From Malacoraja senta (taxonomy: Eukaryota): 64,000 nt of DNA. The notes under the pieces were generated by a model, which made no database searches, was not told where the DNA came from, and was given only the letters and a program-made list of their open reading frames with translations. Location: positions 3,970,001 through 4,034,000 of the forward strand of contig CM075993.1 in assembly GCA_038087875.1 (NCBI GenBank), in the 5' to 3' direction. Shown here in pieces: positions 24,001 through 33,800 of the stretch (the stretch's first letter is position 1; each line of letters begins with the position of its first letter). The translations under genes were made by a program, and so were the position numbers.

Positions 24001-27000
24001 ATGTAATGTACTTCTAATAAATAAATTTTTTTTTAAAAAATTAAAAAAAATAAAAATATTTTGAATTTCAATGCAAGGGTTTTTTAATAGAAACATAGAA
24101 AATAGGTGCAGGAGGAGGCTATTCGGCCCTTCGAGCCAGCACCGCCATTCATTGTGATCATGGCTGATCGTCCCCAATCAATAACCCGTGCCTGCCTTCT
24201 CCCCATATCCCTTGACTCCACTAGCCCCTAGAGCTCAATCTAACTCTCTTAAATCCATCCAGTGATTTGGCCTCCACTGCCCTCTGTGACAGGGAATTCC
24301 ACAAATTCACAACTCTCTGGGTGAAAAAGTTTTTTCTGACCTCAGTCTTAAATGGCCTCCCCTTTATTCTAAGACTGTGGCCCCTGGTTCTGGACTCTCC
24401 CAACATTGGGAACATTTTTCCTGCATCTAGCTTGTCCAGTCCTTTTATAATTTTATATGTTTCTATAAGGGAATGTATATATATATTTTCTAGGCTTCAT
24501 CCGGTGGCTATAACACTACAACGATACATAAGTGAAGACATCGTGTTGCAGAATTATCACATACCAACTGGGGTAAGATATAGACAAGTAAATTATTTGC
24601 CCACTGCAGTAGATATCTACCTTTTAAGAACTGTATCCTACAAATGGTATGACTTTTGATGTACTGTTGTTGCAACCAATGCAGTAAGTTGCTTATTGTT
24701 TGCCTTCACTAAACATTTAATTAGTTTAGTTTAGAAAAACAGCAGAGAAACAGGCCCTTCGGCCCATCGAGTCAATGCCAACCATTGATCACCTGCTCAT
24801 ACTAGTATTTTGTTATCCGAATTTCACATCCACTCCCTACCCAATAGGGGCAGTTTACAGAGTCTCCAAGACAGACGTGAAGCTCACCGTTTGACCTGTT
24901 TTTACAAAATGTTAAATGGTCAGCTCGACATAGATTACAAGACCTACACCAAACCCAAACCAATTAGGAGCAGACGAGGGCATTCGATCCAATTTGTGAT
25001 TCCAGCTACCAAGACAGATGTGTACAGCAATTCATTCTTCCCCCGCACAATTAAAGCATGGAATAATCTCCACCCTACTATAGTTACCCAACCAGATGCA
25101 ACTAAATTTAAGGTAGCTCTTTCTTTCCAAAAACCCTTTCTGGCTTAAGTCCTCCCTCCACCACCTCCAGTTTAAATTCCATTTGGAATATTTTGGAGGA
25201 CCAAGAAACCAAGAAACCAAGAACCAAGAGTCCAGTTAACCTGCAAACCCACACGACTTTGGCATGTGGGAGGAAACCGGAGCTCCTGGGGGAAACCCAC
25301 GTGGTCTCGGAGATTGTGCAAACTCCGCACAGACAGCACCCGGGTTTCTGTCGCTGTGAGGCAGTGGATCTACCAGTTGCACCACTGTGCCACCCTTTAG
25401 AATATCCTTTCTTACTAAACAGCAACATAAAAGAACCATTGGAAACTATACCTTGTGGGAGCGTCCAGGACCAGAGGTCACAGCCTCAGAATTAAAGGAC
25501 GTTCTTTTAGGAAGCAGATCAGGAGAAATTGTCTTTAGTCAGAGGGTGGTGAATCTGTGGAATTCTTTGCCACAAAACGCTGTGGAGGCCAAGTCAGTGG
25601 ATATTTTTAAGGCAGAGATAGATAGATTCTTGATTAGTTCAGGTGTCAGAGGTTATGGGGATAAGGCAGGAGAATGGGGTTAGGAGGGAGAGATAAATCA
25701 GCCATGATTGAATGGCAGAGTAGACTTGACGGGGCGAATGGCCTAAGTCTACTCCTATTCCTTATGACCATATGATACCGACCACTTTGGTTTTCCAGAA
25801 CTAAACAGGTAGCTTTGCAATCCGCTGCATTGTCCAGGTCCATCTAGAATATTTTTTTGTTCATTTTTAAACCGTGTCTTTCTAAAGACTAGTTAGGTAT
25901 TTCCATTATTTTCTACTTTTGTTTATGACTGGAGGGTCAGAGATGTTGGTTTAAGTAGTCATTAGAGTAAATTACCTACTTACAATCTTTTTTAACAAGA
26001 ATCTGAGAGTCCCCTGTGTATATTTACAGAATTAACAATCAATACCGAACGCCACAGCAATCAAAATCTCACACACTCACATTTCCATTTTACCTGAACA
26101 AAAGATTACTCCACATACTACACATATATGGAGTTTGAGAATTGACAATAGACAATAGACAATAGGTGCAGTAGTAGGCCATTCGGCCCTTTGAGCCAGC
26201 ACCGCCATTCAATGTGATCATGGCTGATCATCCCCAATCAGTACCCCGTTCCTGCCTTCTCCCCATATCCCATGACTTCACTATTTTTAAGAGCTCTATC
26301 TAGCTCTCTCTTGAAAGCATCCAGAGAGCCCGCCTCCACCGCCCTCTGAGGCAGAGAATTCCACAGACTCACCACTCTCTGTGAGAAAAAGTGTTTCCTC
26401 GTCTCTGTTCTAAATGGCTTACTCCTTATTCTTAAACTGTGTCCCCTGGTTCTGGACTCCCTCAACATCGGGAAGATGTTTCCTGCCTCTAGCATGTCCA
26501 AACCCTTAACAATCTTATATGTTTCAATAAGATTCCCTCTCATCCTTCTAAACTGTGGATGGCAAAGTGCAGCAGCTGGTGGAGCTGCTGCCTCACAGCA
26601 CCAGTGACCTGGGGTTCCATCCTGACCGTGGGTCATGTCCATGTGGAGTTTGCACGTTCCCCCTGTGACCGCGTGGGTTTCCTCCAGGTGCTCCGGTTTC
26701 CTCCCACATCCCAAACAGGTGTGAGTTTGTAGATTAATCGGCCCGCTGTAAATTGGCCTTACGTGTGTGAGAAAGTGGGATAACTTAGAATGAATATGAA
26801 CAGGTCGTGGATGGTCGGCATGGACTCAAGAGTCAAGAGTGTTTTATTGTCATATGTCCCAGATAGAACAATGAAATTCTTACTTGCTGCAGCACAACAG
26901 AATATGTAAACATAGTACACTGTAAACAATATAATAAACGAGAAAAAAAAAGTTAAATGCGTGTATATACACACATATTCACAAATACACATATATATAT

Positions 27001-28326
27001 ATATAGATCGTAGGTTAAAATGTACACACTCACGCACAAAAACACAAACAATAATAGTGCAATAATAACAATAATAGTCTATGTAGTTCAGAGCTTATTT
27101 GATGGGGCTTGACTCGATGGGCTGAAGGGCCTGTTTCCCTGCTGGATCTTTAACTAAATCACATCCACAAGGCCAGGGTTCATGCTTCACTTTCACATTA
27201 CAAACGGAACCTCTCAGTGCCTTGTTTCCTTCTCCTGTAGACGTTGGTGCAGCTGGGATTGTACGCGATGGGAAGGAACTCAGAGGTATTTAGCAATCCT
27301 GGACGATATAACCCCGAAAGATGGCTGACGCCGGGAAAGACCAACTTCAGACATCTGAACTTTGGGTTTGGACCCCGGCAATGCATCGGGCGCCGGATCG
27401 CAGAGACAGAAATGTTGATCTTTCTGATTCACGTAAGTCTGTGGTTACTAACCAAGCTTTAGTTTAGTTTAGGGAGGAACTGCAGGTGCTGGTTTAAACC
27501 AAAGTTAGACGCAAAAAGCTGGAGTAACTCAGGAATCTTCTTCTTCTTCTTGCGTATGGCGTGCACAGCCTAAAGTTGTAGGACAACTTGTTCTATTTGA
27601 TCTTATTTGATTGTGCACGCCGGGTCGAAACAGGGCAGACCACGTGAAGGTTGCAATCTCCCACCCCACTCAGGCATCATCTCTGGAGAACTTGGATAGG
27701 TGACAGGTCGAGACTGTTCTTGAGACCCGATATGTCACCTATCCATGTTCTCCAGAGATGCTGCCTGACCCGCTGAGTTACTCCAACACTTTGCATTTTT
27801 ATGTGCTGTTTTTGTAAAATTTGGTTGATGGTCTTGGTATGAAGTAAAATTGGGCTGTTAATATCCAGGCAGCCACTCCAGTGCAGTATTGTGGCCGTGC
27901 TGCATTGCTAAAGTAATTGTCCTTCGGATGAGTTATTAACGAGGAGCGATCTTGACACTATTACAGAGAAGGATGTTATTCTTGCTAGAGTCCAGGCCAG
28001 TAATTATCCTCATTGAAGTTCACGGAAACATTTATCTTTTGTGTTGGTCTTGTGGGAACTTGCCGTGCACAAATTGACTACACTTTAATCATTTTATAAA
28101 GTATATAGGATGGGGCTATCATTGGGAAATTAATTTATTTTATTCATGTCAAGTTTACGTTGAGCTGAAGTACAATAACTTAACTTACATGTCCTTAACT
28201 AATTTTTTTTAGATGCTCCAGAACTTTAAAATCGAAACGAATCGGACGACTGATGTGAAAGCTACCTTTGACTTCATTCTTATCCCTGAGAAACCCATCA
28301 TCCTTGCTTTAAAGCCCATCAAGTGA
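5796..28326 (+). CDS. CYP11A1: Cholesterol side-chain cleavage cytochrome P450 (P450scc); full span of 9 coding exons, 518 aa
   Basis: Exons of 284+156+200+204+161+167+79+192+114 = 1557 nt splice in frame via GT-AG introns. Motifs: Arg-rich mitochondrial presequence, KYGPIYRE, I-helix [24 protein letters not shown] (ExxR), PERW, heme motif [10 protein letters not shown]. Tail-to-tail with CCDC33 as in other vertebrates. Confidence 0.96.
7490..8072 (+). mobile_element. CR1-clade LINE 3' fragment
   Basis: [27 protein letters not shown]...[10 protein letters not shown]; tail ggcctactcctgcacc...tttctatg. Confidence 0.9.
9937..10601 (-). mobile_element. Rex1/Babar-like LINE 3' fragment
   Basis: [16 protein letters not shown]...[10 protein letters not shown]...VWYG...[18 protein letters not shown]...[18 protein letters not shown] and (CTAT)n tail. 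Confidence 0.85.
10628..10783 (+). CDS. CYP11A1: CYP11A1 exon 2 ([21 protein letters not shown]...YGVLLK)
   Basis: tttgcag| acceptor, |gtaagt donor, 156 nt. Confidence 0.95.
11352..11747 (-). mobile_element. CR1 3' fragment flanked by a 118-bp direct duplication
   Basis: CR1 tail sequence; flanks 11234-11351 and 11748-11865 differ at 1 position. Confidence 0.88.
13507..14153. mobile_element. PIF/Harbinger-like non-autonomous element with a nested Penelope-derived hairpin
   Basis: TIR AGGGCCTGTCCC..TTGGCCGTCATT / AATGACGGCCAAGTGGGACAGGC; TAA on both sides; left end repeated internally near 13949. Confidence 0.7.
13718..13745 (+). ncRNA. Minimal hammerhead ribozyme-like motif
   Basis: CUGAAGA-A-GGGU(CUCG)ACCC-GAAA-CG-UC. 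Confidence 0.58.
14830..14857 (+). ncRNA. Minimal hammerhead ribozyme-like motif (UUCG-loop variant)
   Basis: CUGAAGA-A-GGGU(UUCG)GCCC-GAAA-CG-UU. Confidence 0.55.
15256..15455 (+). CDS. CYP11A1: CYP11A1 exon 3 ([14 protein letters not shown]...DLFKFALE)
   Basis: ttgcag| acceptor, |gtaagg donor, 200 nt; WxxxR C-helix motif. Confidence 0.95.
15782..15809 (+). ncRNA. Minimal type I hammerhead ribozyme-like motif (Penelope-associated)
   Basis: CUGAAGA-A-GGGU(CUCG)ACCC-GAAA-CG-UC. Confidence 0.6.
15830..17111 (+). mobile_element. L2-clade LINE 3' part (RT C-terminus), interrupted by a SINE
   Basis: KTEIIVFG...KNLGV...SRLDYCN...[12 protein letters not shown]...[28 protein letters not shown]; (TTGCC)n tail. 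Confidence 0.9.
16027..16373 (-). mobile_element. tRNA-derived CORE-type SINE with an L2-like tail
   Basis: A-box TGGCGCAATGG, B-box GGTCCGAATCC, CORE-like CCTTGGGCAAGACACTTCACCC, tail GTAAAGCGCCTTGAG...GCGCTATATAAAT plus (ATT)n. Confidence 0.8.
18170..18373 (+). CDS. CYP11A1: CYP11A1 exon 4 ([11 protein letters not shown]...[14 protein letters not shown])
   Basis: tccttgcag| acceptor, |gtaaga donor, 204 nt; this frame is absent from the ORF track. Confidence 0.95.
19540..19700 (+). CDS. CYP11A1: CYP11A1 exon 5 (ANNCIQKTY...EIMAGAVDT)
   Basis: cattcccag| acceptor, |gtaaga donor, 161 nt; I-helix. Confidence 0.95.
21245..21411 (+). CDS. CYP11A1: CYP11A1 exon 6 ([16 protein letters not shown]...LKETLR)
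   Basis: accag| acceptor, |gtagga donor, 167 nt. Confidence 0.95.
23753..24049 (+). mobile_element. L1-like 3' UTR remnant
   Basis: T-rich body ending CTTCTAATAAA like the 1675-2287 element; 12-bp flanking repeat ATAAAAATATTT at 23741 and 24050. Confidence 0.55.
24089..24469 (-). mobile_element. CR1 3' fragment ending 24 nt upstream of CYP11A1 exon 7
   Basis: [19 protein letters not shown]...[13 protein letters not shown] on - strand; (TTTCTATG)n tail. Confidence 0.88.
24494..24572 (+). CDS. CYP11A1: CYP11A1 exon 7 ([26 protein letters not shown])
   Basis: ttttctag| acceptor, |gtaaga donor, 79 nt. Confidence 0.95.
24865..25226 (+). mobile_element. Divergent CR1/Daphne-like LINE 3' end inserted in a V-SINE
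   Basis: LQDRR..HRL..FYKM.NG...RSRRGH...[13 protein letters not shown]; (CCAAGAAA)n tail; TSD AGAGTC at 24859 and 25227. Confidence 0.75.
26145..26553 (-). mobile_element. CR1 3' fragment
   Basis: [16 protein letters not shown]...[14 protein letters not shown]; (TATTGTC)n tail. Confidence 0.88.
27241..27432 (+). CDS. CYP11A1: CYP11A1 exon 8 ([12 protein letters not shown]...[24 protein letters not shown]), carrying the heme-binding Cys
   Basis: tctcctgtag| acceptor, |gtaagt donor, 192 nt. Confidence 0.97.
28213..28326 (+). CDS. CYP11A1: CYP11A1 exon 9 coding part (MLQNFKIET...LKPIK*)
   Basis: T-rich acceptor tttttag|; TGA at 28324-28326. Confidence 0.93.
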   Translation: MLQNFKIETNRTTDVKATFDFILIPEKPIILALKPIK

Positions 28327-28543
28327 AGAGGAAGGGACATGTTTTTGTAAAAAAGGTTTTCCTTTCATTATTCCAAGGAGATCACTCAGTTGGGACAAGT
28401 GCAGATTGACCAGAGATATACTGATGTTAAATCTGCACATCTACTTCGTAGTAATTTAGTGCTGTTTAAGTGGCTACATACTGATGTGGTGCCACACTTT
28501 GTCCAACGGAGACACGGAGGGGAGCACAATACAAGCTAGCAAG

Positions 28544-28549
28544 AATAAA
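28544..28549 (+). terminator. Candidate CYP11A1 polyadenylation signal
   Basis: AATAAA about 220 nt after the stop codon. Confidence 0.6.
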
Positions 28550-30965
28550 TCGTTTCACAGGGAAATTAATTTATTGCCCCCCTCCCCCCTCAATTTGCCC
28601 ACAAAATCCTGTTTGAATATTTTGCCTTAATGTTGCCACTTGGGTGCTCCAAGTGTCATGAAATCTTAAACTCATTCTGTATAAACGGGTTTTTGGTTTT
28701 GTTGCACTCTTCCCAGAGCACAGGTTATCACCAATTGACACCACAAAGCTAGCAGCAATCTGGTAAACCAGTTTACATGTGTTGGAAGGAGCTGTAGGCG
28801 CTGGGTATACACCGAAGATATGCACAAAATGCTGGAGTAACTCAGCGGGACAGGCAGCATCTTTGAAGAGAAGGAATGGGTGACGTTTCGGGTCTGAAGA
28901 AAGGGGTCGACCTGCAACGTCACCCATTCCTTCTCTCCAGAAATGCTGCCTGTCCCGCTGAGATACCCCAGCATTTTGTGTCTAAACAAGTTTATATATT
29001 GCATATAATATAATTAAAAAGAACCGGTTTATACCAAAGATAGACACAAAAAACAGTTTTCTCCCCCACTAGGGAACTACAATCAGTTTGAAGGGCCCCG
29101 ACCTAAAACATCACCTATCTATTTTCTCCAGAGATGCTGCCTGACCCGCTGAGTTACTCCAGCATTTTGTGTCTACCTTTTATATATTGTATATGCTTCT
29201 TTTCAGTAGACGTCAAATATATTTGCAGTATTTTAAAAATAAACACAAACAGAAACATTTGCTGCATATTATTAGTCTGGATTTCAACGCCAAGTGTTTT
29301 GATGAGCAGCAAGAACTGTTCTGTGGTAAATGTTCATTATGGTTCAATTACCAGAATCCTCACCTATTGGACACATTTTCGAGATCCCAATGCGGAGAGA
29401 TGAGTGAAAATCCAGGCGCTCACATCTCAAAGTGTGTTCCTGTGACAAAGGAGCTATGCTTGGAACAAGATGTTAAACCATGGCCATTCTTGCTCTTTCA
29501 AATTAACAAAAGGGACACCGCAACATTGGCGGAAATTATTCCCCATTCGACTGGTCAACCAAGCAATATCAGTCAAACTAGGCCGTCTTATCATCATAGG
29601 TAGACAAAAATGCTGGAGAAACTCAGCGGGTGAGGCAGCATCTATGGAGCGAAGGAAATAGGCAACGCTTCGGGTCGAAACCCTTCTCCGTCTTATCATC
29701 ATGTTGTTTGAAGGAATTTTCTCAGTGCAATATGGCTGCTACATTACCACATTACAATTAGTTAGTGAGAATGCAGTTTAGGATGTCATGAAATGTTCTA
29801 TATACTGTATAATTGATAACCATACAGTCACAGAACCAAAGATAGATGCAGCACAGAGACACAGAATCAAACATTATCAAATGATGATAATATTAATTTC
29901 AGATTTAAATCATACTCGTTGACATGTTAGTGTTAAGTTAGGAACAAATTCATAAACTGCTTATATGTAGATCCAATTATTTTAGATTTTCTGCCTCATT
30001 TATAGTTTATTTTAGAGATACATCACGGAAACAGGCCCTTTGGCCCACCGTGTCCGCACCGGCCAACAATCCCTATACACCAGCACCATCCTACAGACTA
30101 GGGACAAGTTACAGTTTCTACAAAAAGCCAATTAACCTACAAACCTTTACGTCTTTGGAATGTGGGAGGAAACCAGAGCACCAGGGGAAAACCCACCCGA
30201 TCACAGGGAGAAGGTACAAACTCCGTACAGACAGCACCTGAAGTCAGGATCGAACCCGGGTCTCTGGAGCTGTATGGCTGCAACTCTACCGCTGCGCCAC
30301 CTTGCTGCCCCGTTATCTTTCTTCATAACTTGTAACTTAGATCACTGGAACGCCACAGATCAGTGGCAGGGATGCTGTATCATTGGTTGGTATAAATAAC
30401 AGGAAATAACTATTGTTTTCTACACAGAATTCGTGAAATAATTATCTTTGAAAAACATTTGCTGTCCGATCGCCCAGCACTTGTTCAAGAATTCAGAGGG
30501 TTCAAGTGCAAAGTTGAACTCACAATCACATCAACCATGATCCTTTTAAATAGAGGAACAATCTGGACAGGCCCAGTGGCTACTCCTGTGTATGTTCATA
30601 TGTCTGAAATCGGTACATTATGATCATTATATATTTTCACCCACTTTTTGTGTCATTATTACTCGTTGGCCTCAATTATTTTAAAAGTGAAAATCTTATA
30701 CAGGTCCGCCAACGATTTTCCAGCACCCCTGGTTCCAGAGCCTTTCTGGATCATCCATTTAGCCGGACCAACAGAGATCTCGGCCTTGGAGGGTTGAGAT
30801 ACCAGCCCACAAAGTCACCTATGGGAACACATCTGCCGGCTCCGACCGGGCCCCGGCCACAGACGGCAAATTTGACCCGCCGATCGGCGCAGAAGTCCTA
30901 GGTAGACAAAAATGCTGGAGAAACTCAGCGGGCGAGGCAGCATCTATGGAGCAAAGGAAATAGGT

Positions 30966-30993
30966 GACGTTTCGGGTCGAGACCCTTCTTCAG
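30966..30993 (-). ncRNA. Minimal hammerhead ribozyme-like motif
   Basis: Reverse complement reads CUGAAGAAGGGUCUCGACCCGAAACGUC. Confidence 0.58.
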
Positions 30994-31353
30994 ACTGATG
31001 TGAGGGTGGGGGGGGGGGGGGGGCGGGAAGAAGAAAGGAAGAGGTGGAGCCAGTGGGCTGAGGGAGAGCTGGGAAGGGGAGGAGAAAGTGAAGGCCCAGT
31101 AGTCCTGATGAGATAGAGATCGACTGAATCACCCGGCCTAGGCGGCACATTTTTGCGGGCACTTCCAGGGAGGGATATTGTCCAGATTACAGGGTGAGGC
31201 CCGACCAATGAGACTCAAGAAGAGTTATGAACTTGTATCATGGAGACCCATATTTCAAACAGAACTGGAGGTTCTGCACTCTCCAAGGGATGTTCAACAG
31301 ACTAGTCATTACCAAGACTCCCTCTGAATAAAAATGCCAAAACAATGGAAACC

Positions 31354-31793
31354 TTTATTACATCATATTTTATCCATGTGTTAAAACATCCCTGCATTAA
31401 AACATTGTTCTTCAATGTGGAGTAATGACACTAGTCAGTCTACAATATCATTAAATACTAATAAAGAACACACATAATAATTATTAATAATTTACATGAA
31501 CACTTTTGTAAAAATAGCTATACATAAACTTGTATGTTTATTATTGCTTTGCAAGATCTTTGAGTGTAAAAATAGCCACATTTTTTAAAGAAAAAAAAAG
31601 ATTTTTGATCCTCTGTTTTTTACTGGTTTTGGTTTAATTGCAGAATTAATTACTTGCCACAGCATTTGTTTGTAATGAGACCAAGCATTTGGTTGAAATA
31701 TCCTCTTCCAATGTGACATTAATTCCTCCACTGAAATTGGGGCCAAGGCGTCGAATATCAATTTCGGGTCAGATGTGAGTCCACAGCAGTTTA
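31354..31793 (-). other. Candidate CCDC33 terminal exon / 3' UTR
   Basis: Unique AT-rich block with a - strand acceptor (ttttaacag) at 31794 and AATAAA on - at 31537-31542 and 31354-31359. In phase 0 it would begin directly with TAA. Unverified. Confidence 0.3.
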
Positions 31794-32524
31794 CTGTTAA
31801 AATTGCATAGGAAAGTTATTAGCAAGAGTCTCTGGGTGTATAGTCACAGGGTGTCTCGGGGCTAGTGGAATCAGGGGATATGGGGAGAAGGCAGGCACGG
31901 GTTATTGATTGGGGACGATCAGCCATGATCACAATGAATGGCGGTGCTGGCTCGAAGGGCCGAATGGACCCCTCCTGCACCTATTTTCTATGTTTCTATG
32001 TCTACATTGCTGGTTTAAGACAGAATGTGTACAGTAATCCAAAATCAGGGTTCTAGTAAATCCCACACAGAAGGCATGAGAAACTGAGTTATCCAAACAC
32101 GGAACTTGCATCCACAAGGAATGTTTGAAGCAATTAGTATTTTTAAAATAGGTTTCAGGATAGGAGAAAGGCTAGCATTTATTCCCCTTTCCCATCTTCC
32201 CACCAGAAACACCTTATTGAACCACAGTGGCCCGATTAGTGAAGGTGTATGTCCCCGGTGGTTGAGGGGCGGATTGAGGTGCTGTAGGGTTGAGGGGTGG
32301 ATTCCACGATTTAGACCCGGTGGTGATAAAGGTACGGCATCATGTTTTCAAGTCTGGGTGTAAGACTTGGGAGAGGAAGCTACAGTGATAGTGTCACCAT
32401 TTTCCTGATGCCTCTGTCTCTCTGGTTTGAGAGGTGCTGTCAGGAAAGCTTGGTTGAGCTTAGTAGAGAGTTCTGTGACTGGGACAATTGTGGGCGTCAA
32501 CAGTGGCGCAGTTGCTGCCTTATA

Positions 32525-33060
32525 CATAGATACATAGATACATAGAAAATAGGTGCAGGAGTAGGCCATTTGGCCCTTTGAGCCTGCACCGCCATTCAAT
32601 ATGACCATGGCTGATCATCCAACTCAGTATCCCGTACCTGCCTTCTCTCCATACCCCCTGATCCCTTTAGCCACAAGGGCCACATCTAACTCCCTCTTAA
32701 ATATAGCCAATGAACTGGCCTCAACTACCCTCTGTGGCAGAGAGTTCCAGAGATTCACCACTCTCTGTGTGAAAAAGTTTTTCCTCATCTCGGTCTTAAA
32801 GGATTTCCCCCTTATCCTTAAGCTGTGACCCCTTGTCCTGGACTTCCCCAACATCGGGAACAATCTTCCTGCATCTAGCCTGTCCAACCCCATAAGAATT
32901 TTGTACGTTTCTATAAGATCCCCTCTCAATCTCCTAAATTCTAGCGAGTATAAGCCAAGTCTATCCAGTCTTTCTTCATATGAAAGTCCTGACATCCCAG
33001 GAATCAGTCTGGTGAACCTTCTCTGCACTCCCTCTATGGCTATAATGTCCTTCCTCAGAT
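32525..33060 (-). mobile_element. CR1 3' fragment
   Basis: ORF 32624-33028 QRRFTRLIPGM...[10 protein letters not shown]...WNSLP. Confidence 0.9.
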
Positions 33061-33683
33061 TATAGCGTCAGAGACCCGGGTTCGATCCTGACTACGGGCA
33101 CTGTCTGTACGGAGTTTGTACGTTCTCCCCGTGACCTGTGTGGGTTTTCTCCGGCTGTTCTGTTTTCCTCCCACACTTCAAAGACGTACAGGTTTGTAGG
33201 TTAATTGGCTTGGTAAAATTGTAAATTGTCCCTAGTTTGTGTAGGATAGTGCTAGTGTTTGGGATCGCTGGTCGGCACGGACTCGGTGGGCCGAAGGGCC
33301 TGTTTCCATGCTGTATCTCTAAACTAAACAAAATGTAAAGGGGTGGGTGTTGGGGTTAGACGAGCCCATGGGGGAGATGGGGATGGAATTCTACAGATTG
33401 GGCTGGGTGAATACAGGTGAGGGGACATCTTGTACATAAATACTGGAGTGGATCACTGTGTGCTGTGACCACTTCACGGACTATATCATTCATTCAGTTC
33501 TCGGATTGCCTGTAGTTGTACCCATGTTGGATTGGCCAAAGTTGAGTCAGTGTCAAATTGGACATGGTTGGACTAGCATCTGGACGTATTATAGATTTTG
33601 CCAAAGTAGAACTCTACTGAAGTTACAAAAGGAAACGCGAGGTTTGCACCAGATATGATTAAGAGGCAAAGAGCGTCACTTAC

Positions 33684-33800
33684 CAAAGGGAAGTCATGGA
33701 ACAGCATGGTGGAGGTTCTGGTGAAACCATGTTGGTGCTCTGAGAGCCTCGTCAACATACTCTGCCTCTCTCGTCCCCATTTCCTTGAGTTCTCATCCAA
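33684..33800 (-). CDS. CCDC33: CCDC33 exon (LDENSRKWGRERQSMLTRLSEHQHGFTRTSTMLFHDFPL)
   Basis: tttctag| acceptor, |gtaagt donor, 117 nt. Confidence 0.87.

Noticed and set aside
5796..28326. Alternative identity as CYP11B/CYP11C or CYP27
   Set aside because: [24 protein letters not shown], the exon sizes and CCDC33 synteny favour CYP11A1; a phylogeny would confirm.
32160..32480. Possible CCDC33 terminal exon (TELSTKLNQAF...)
   Set aside because: Looks like a decayed repeat, and the phase-0 reading after the candidate acceptor shows no supporting similarity.
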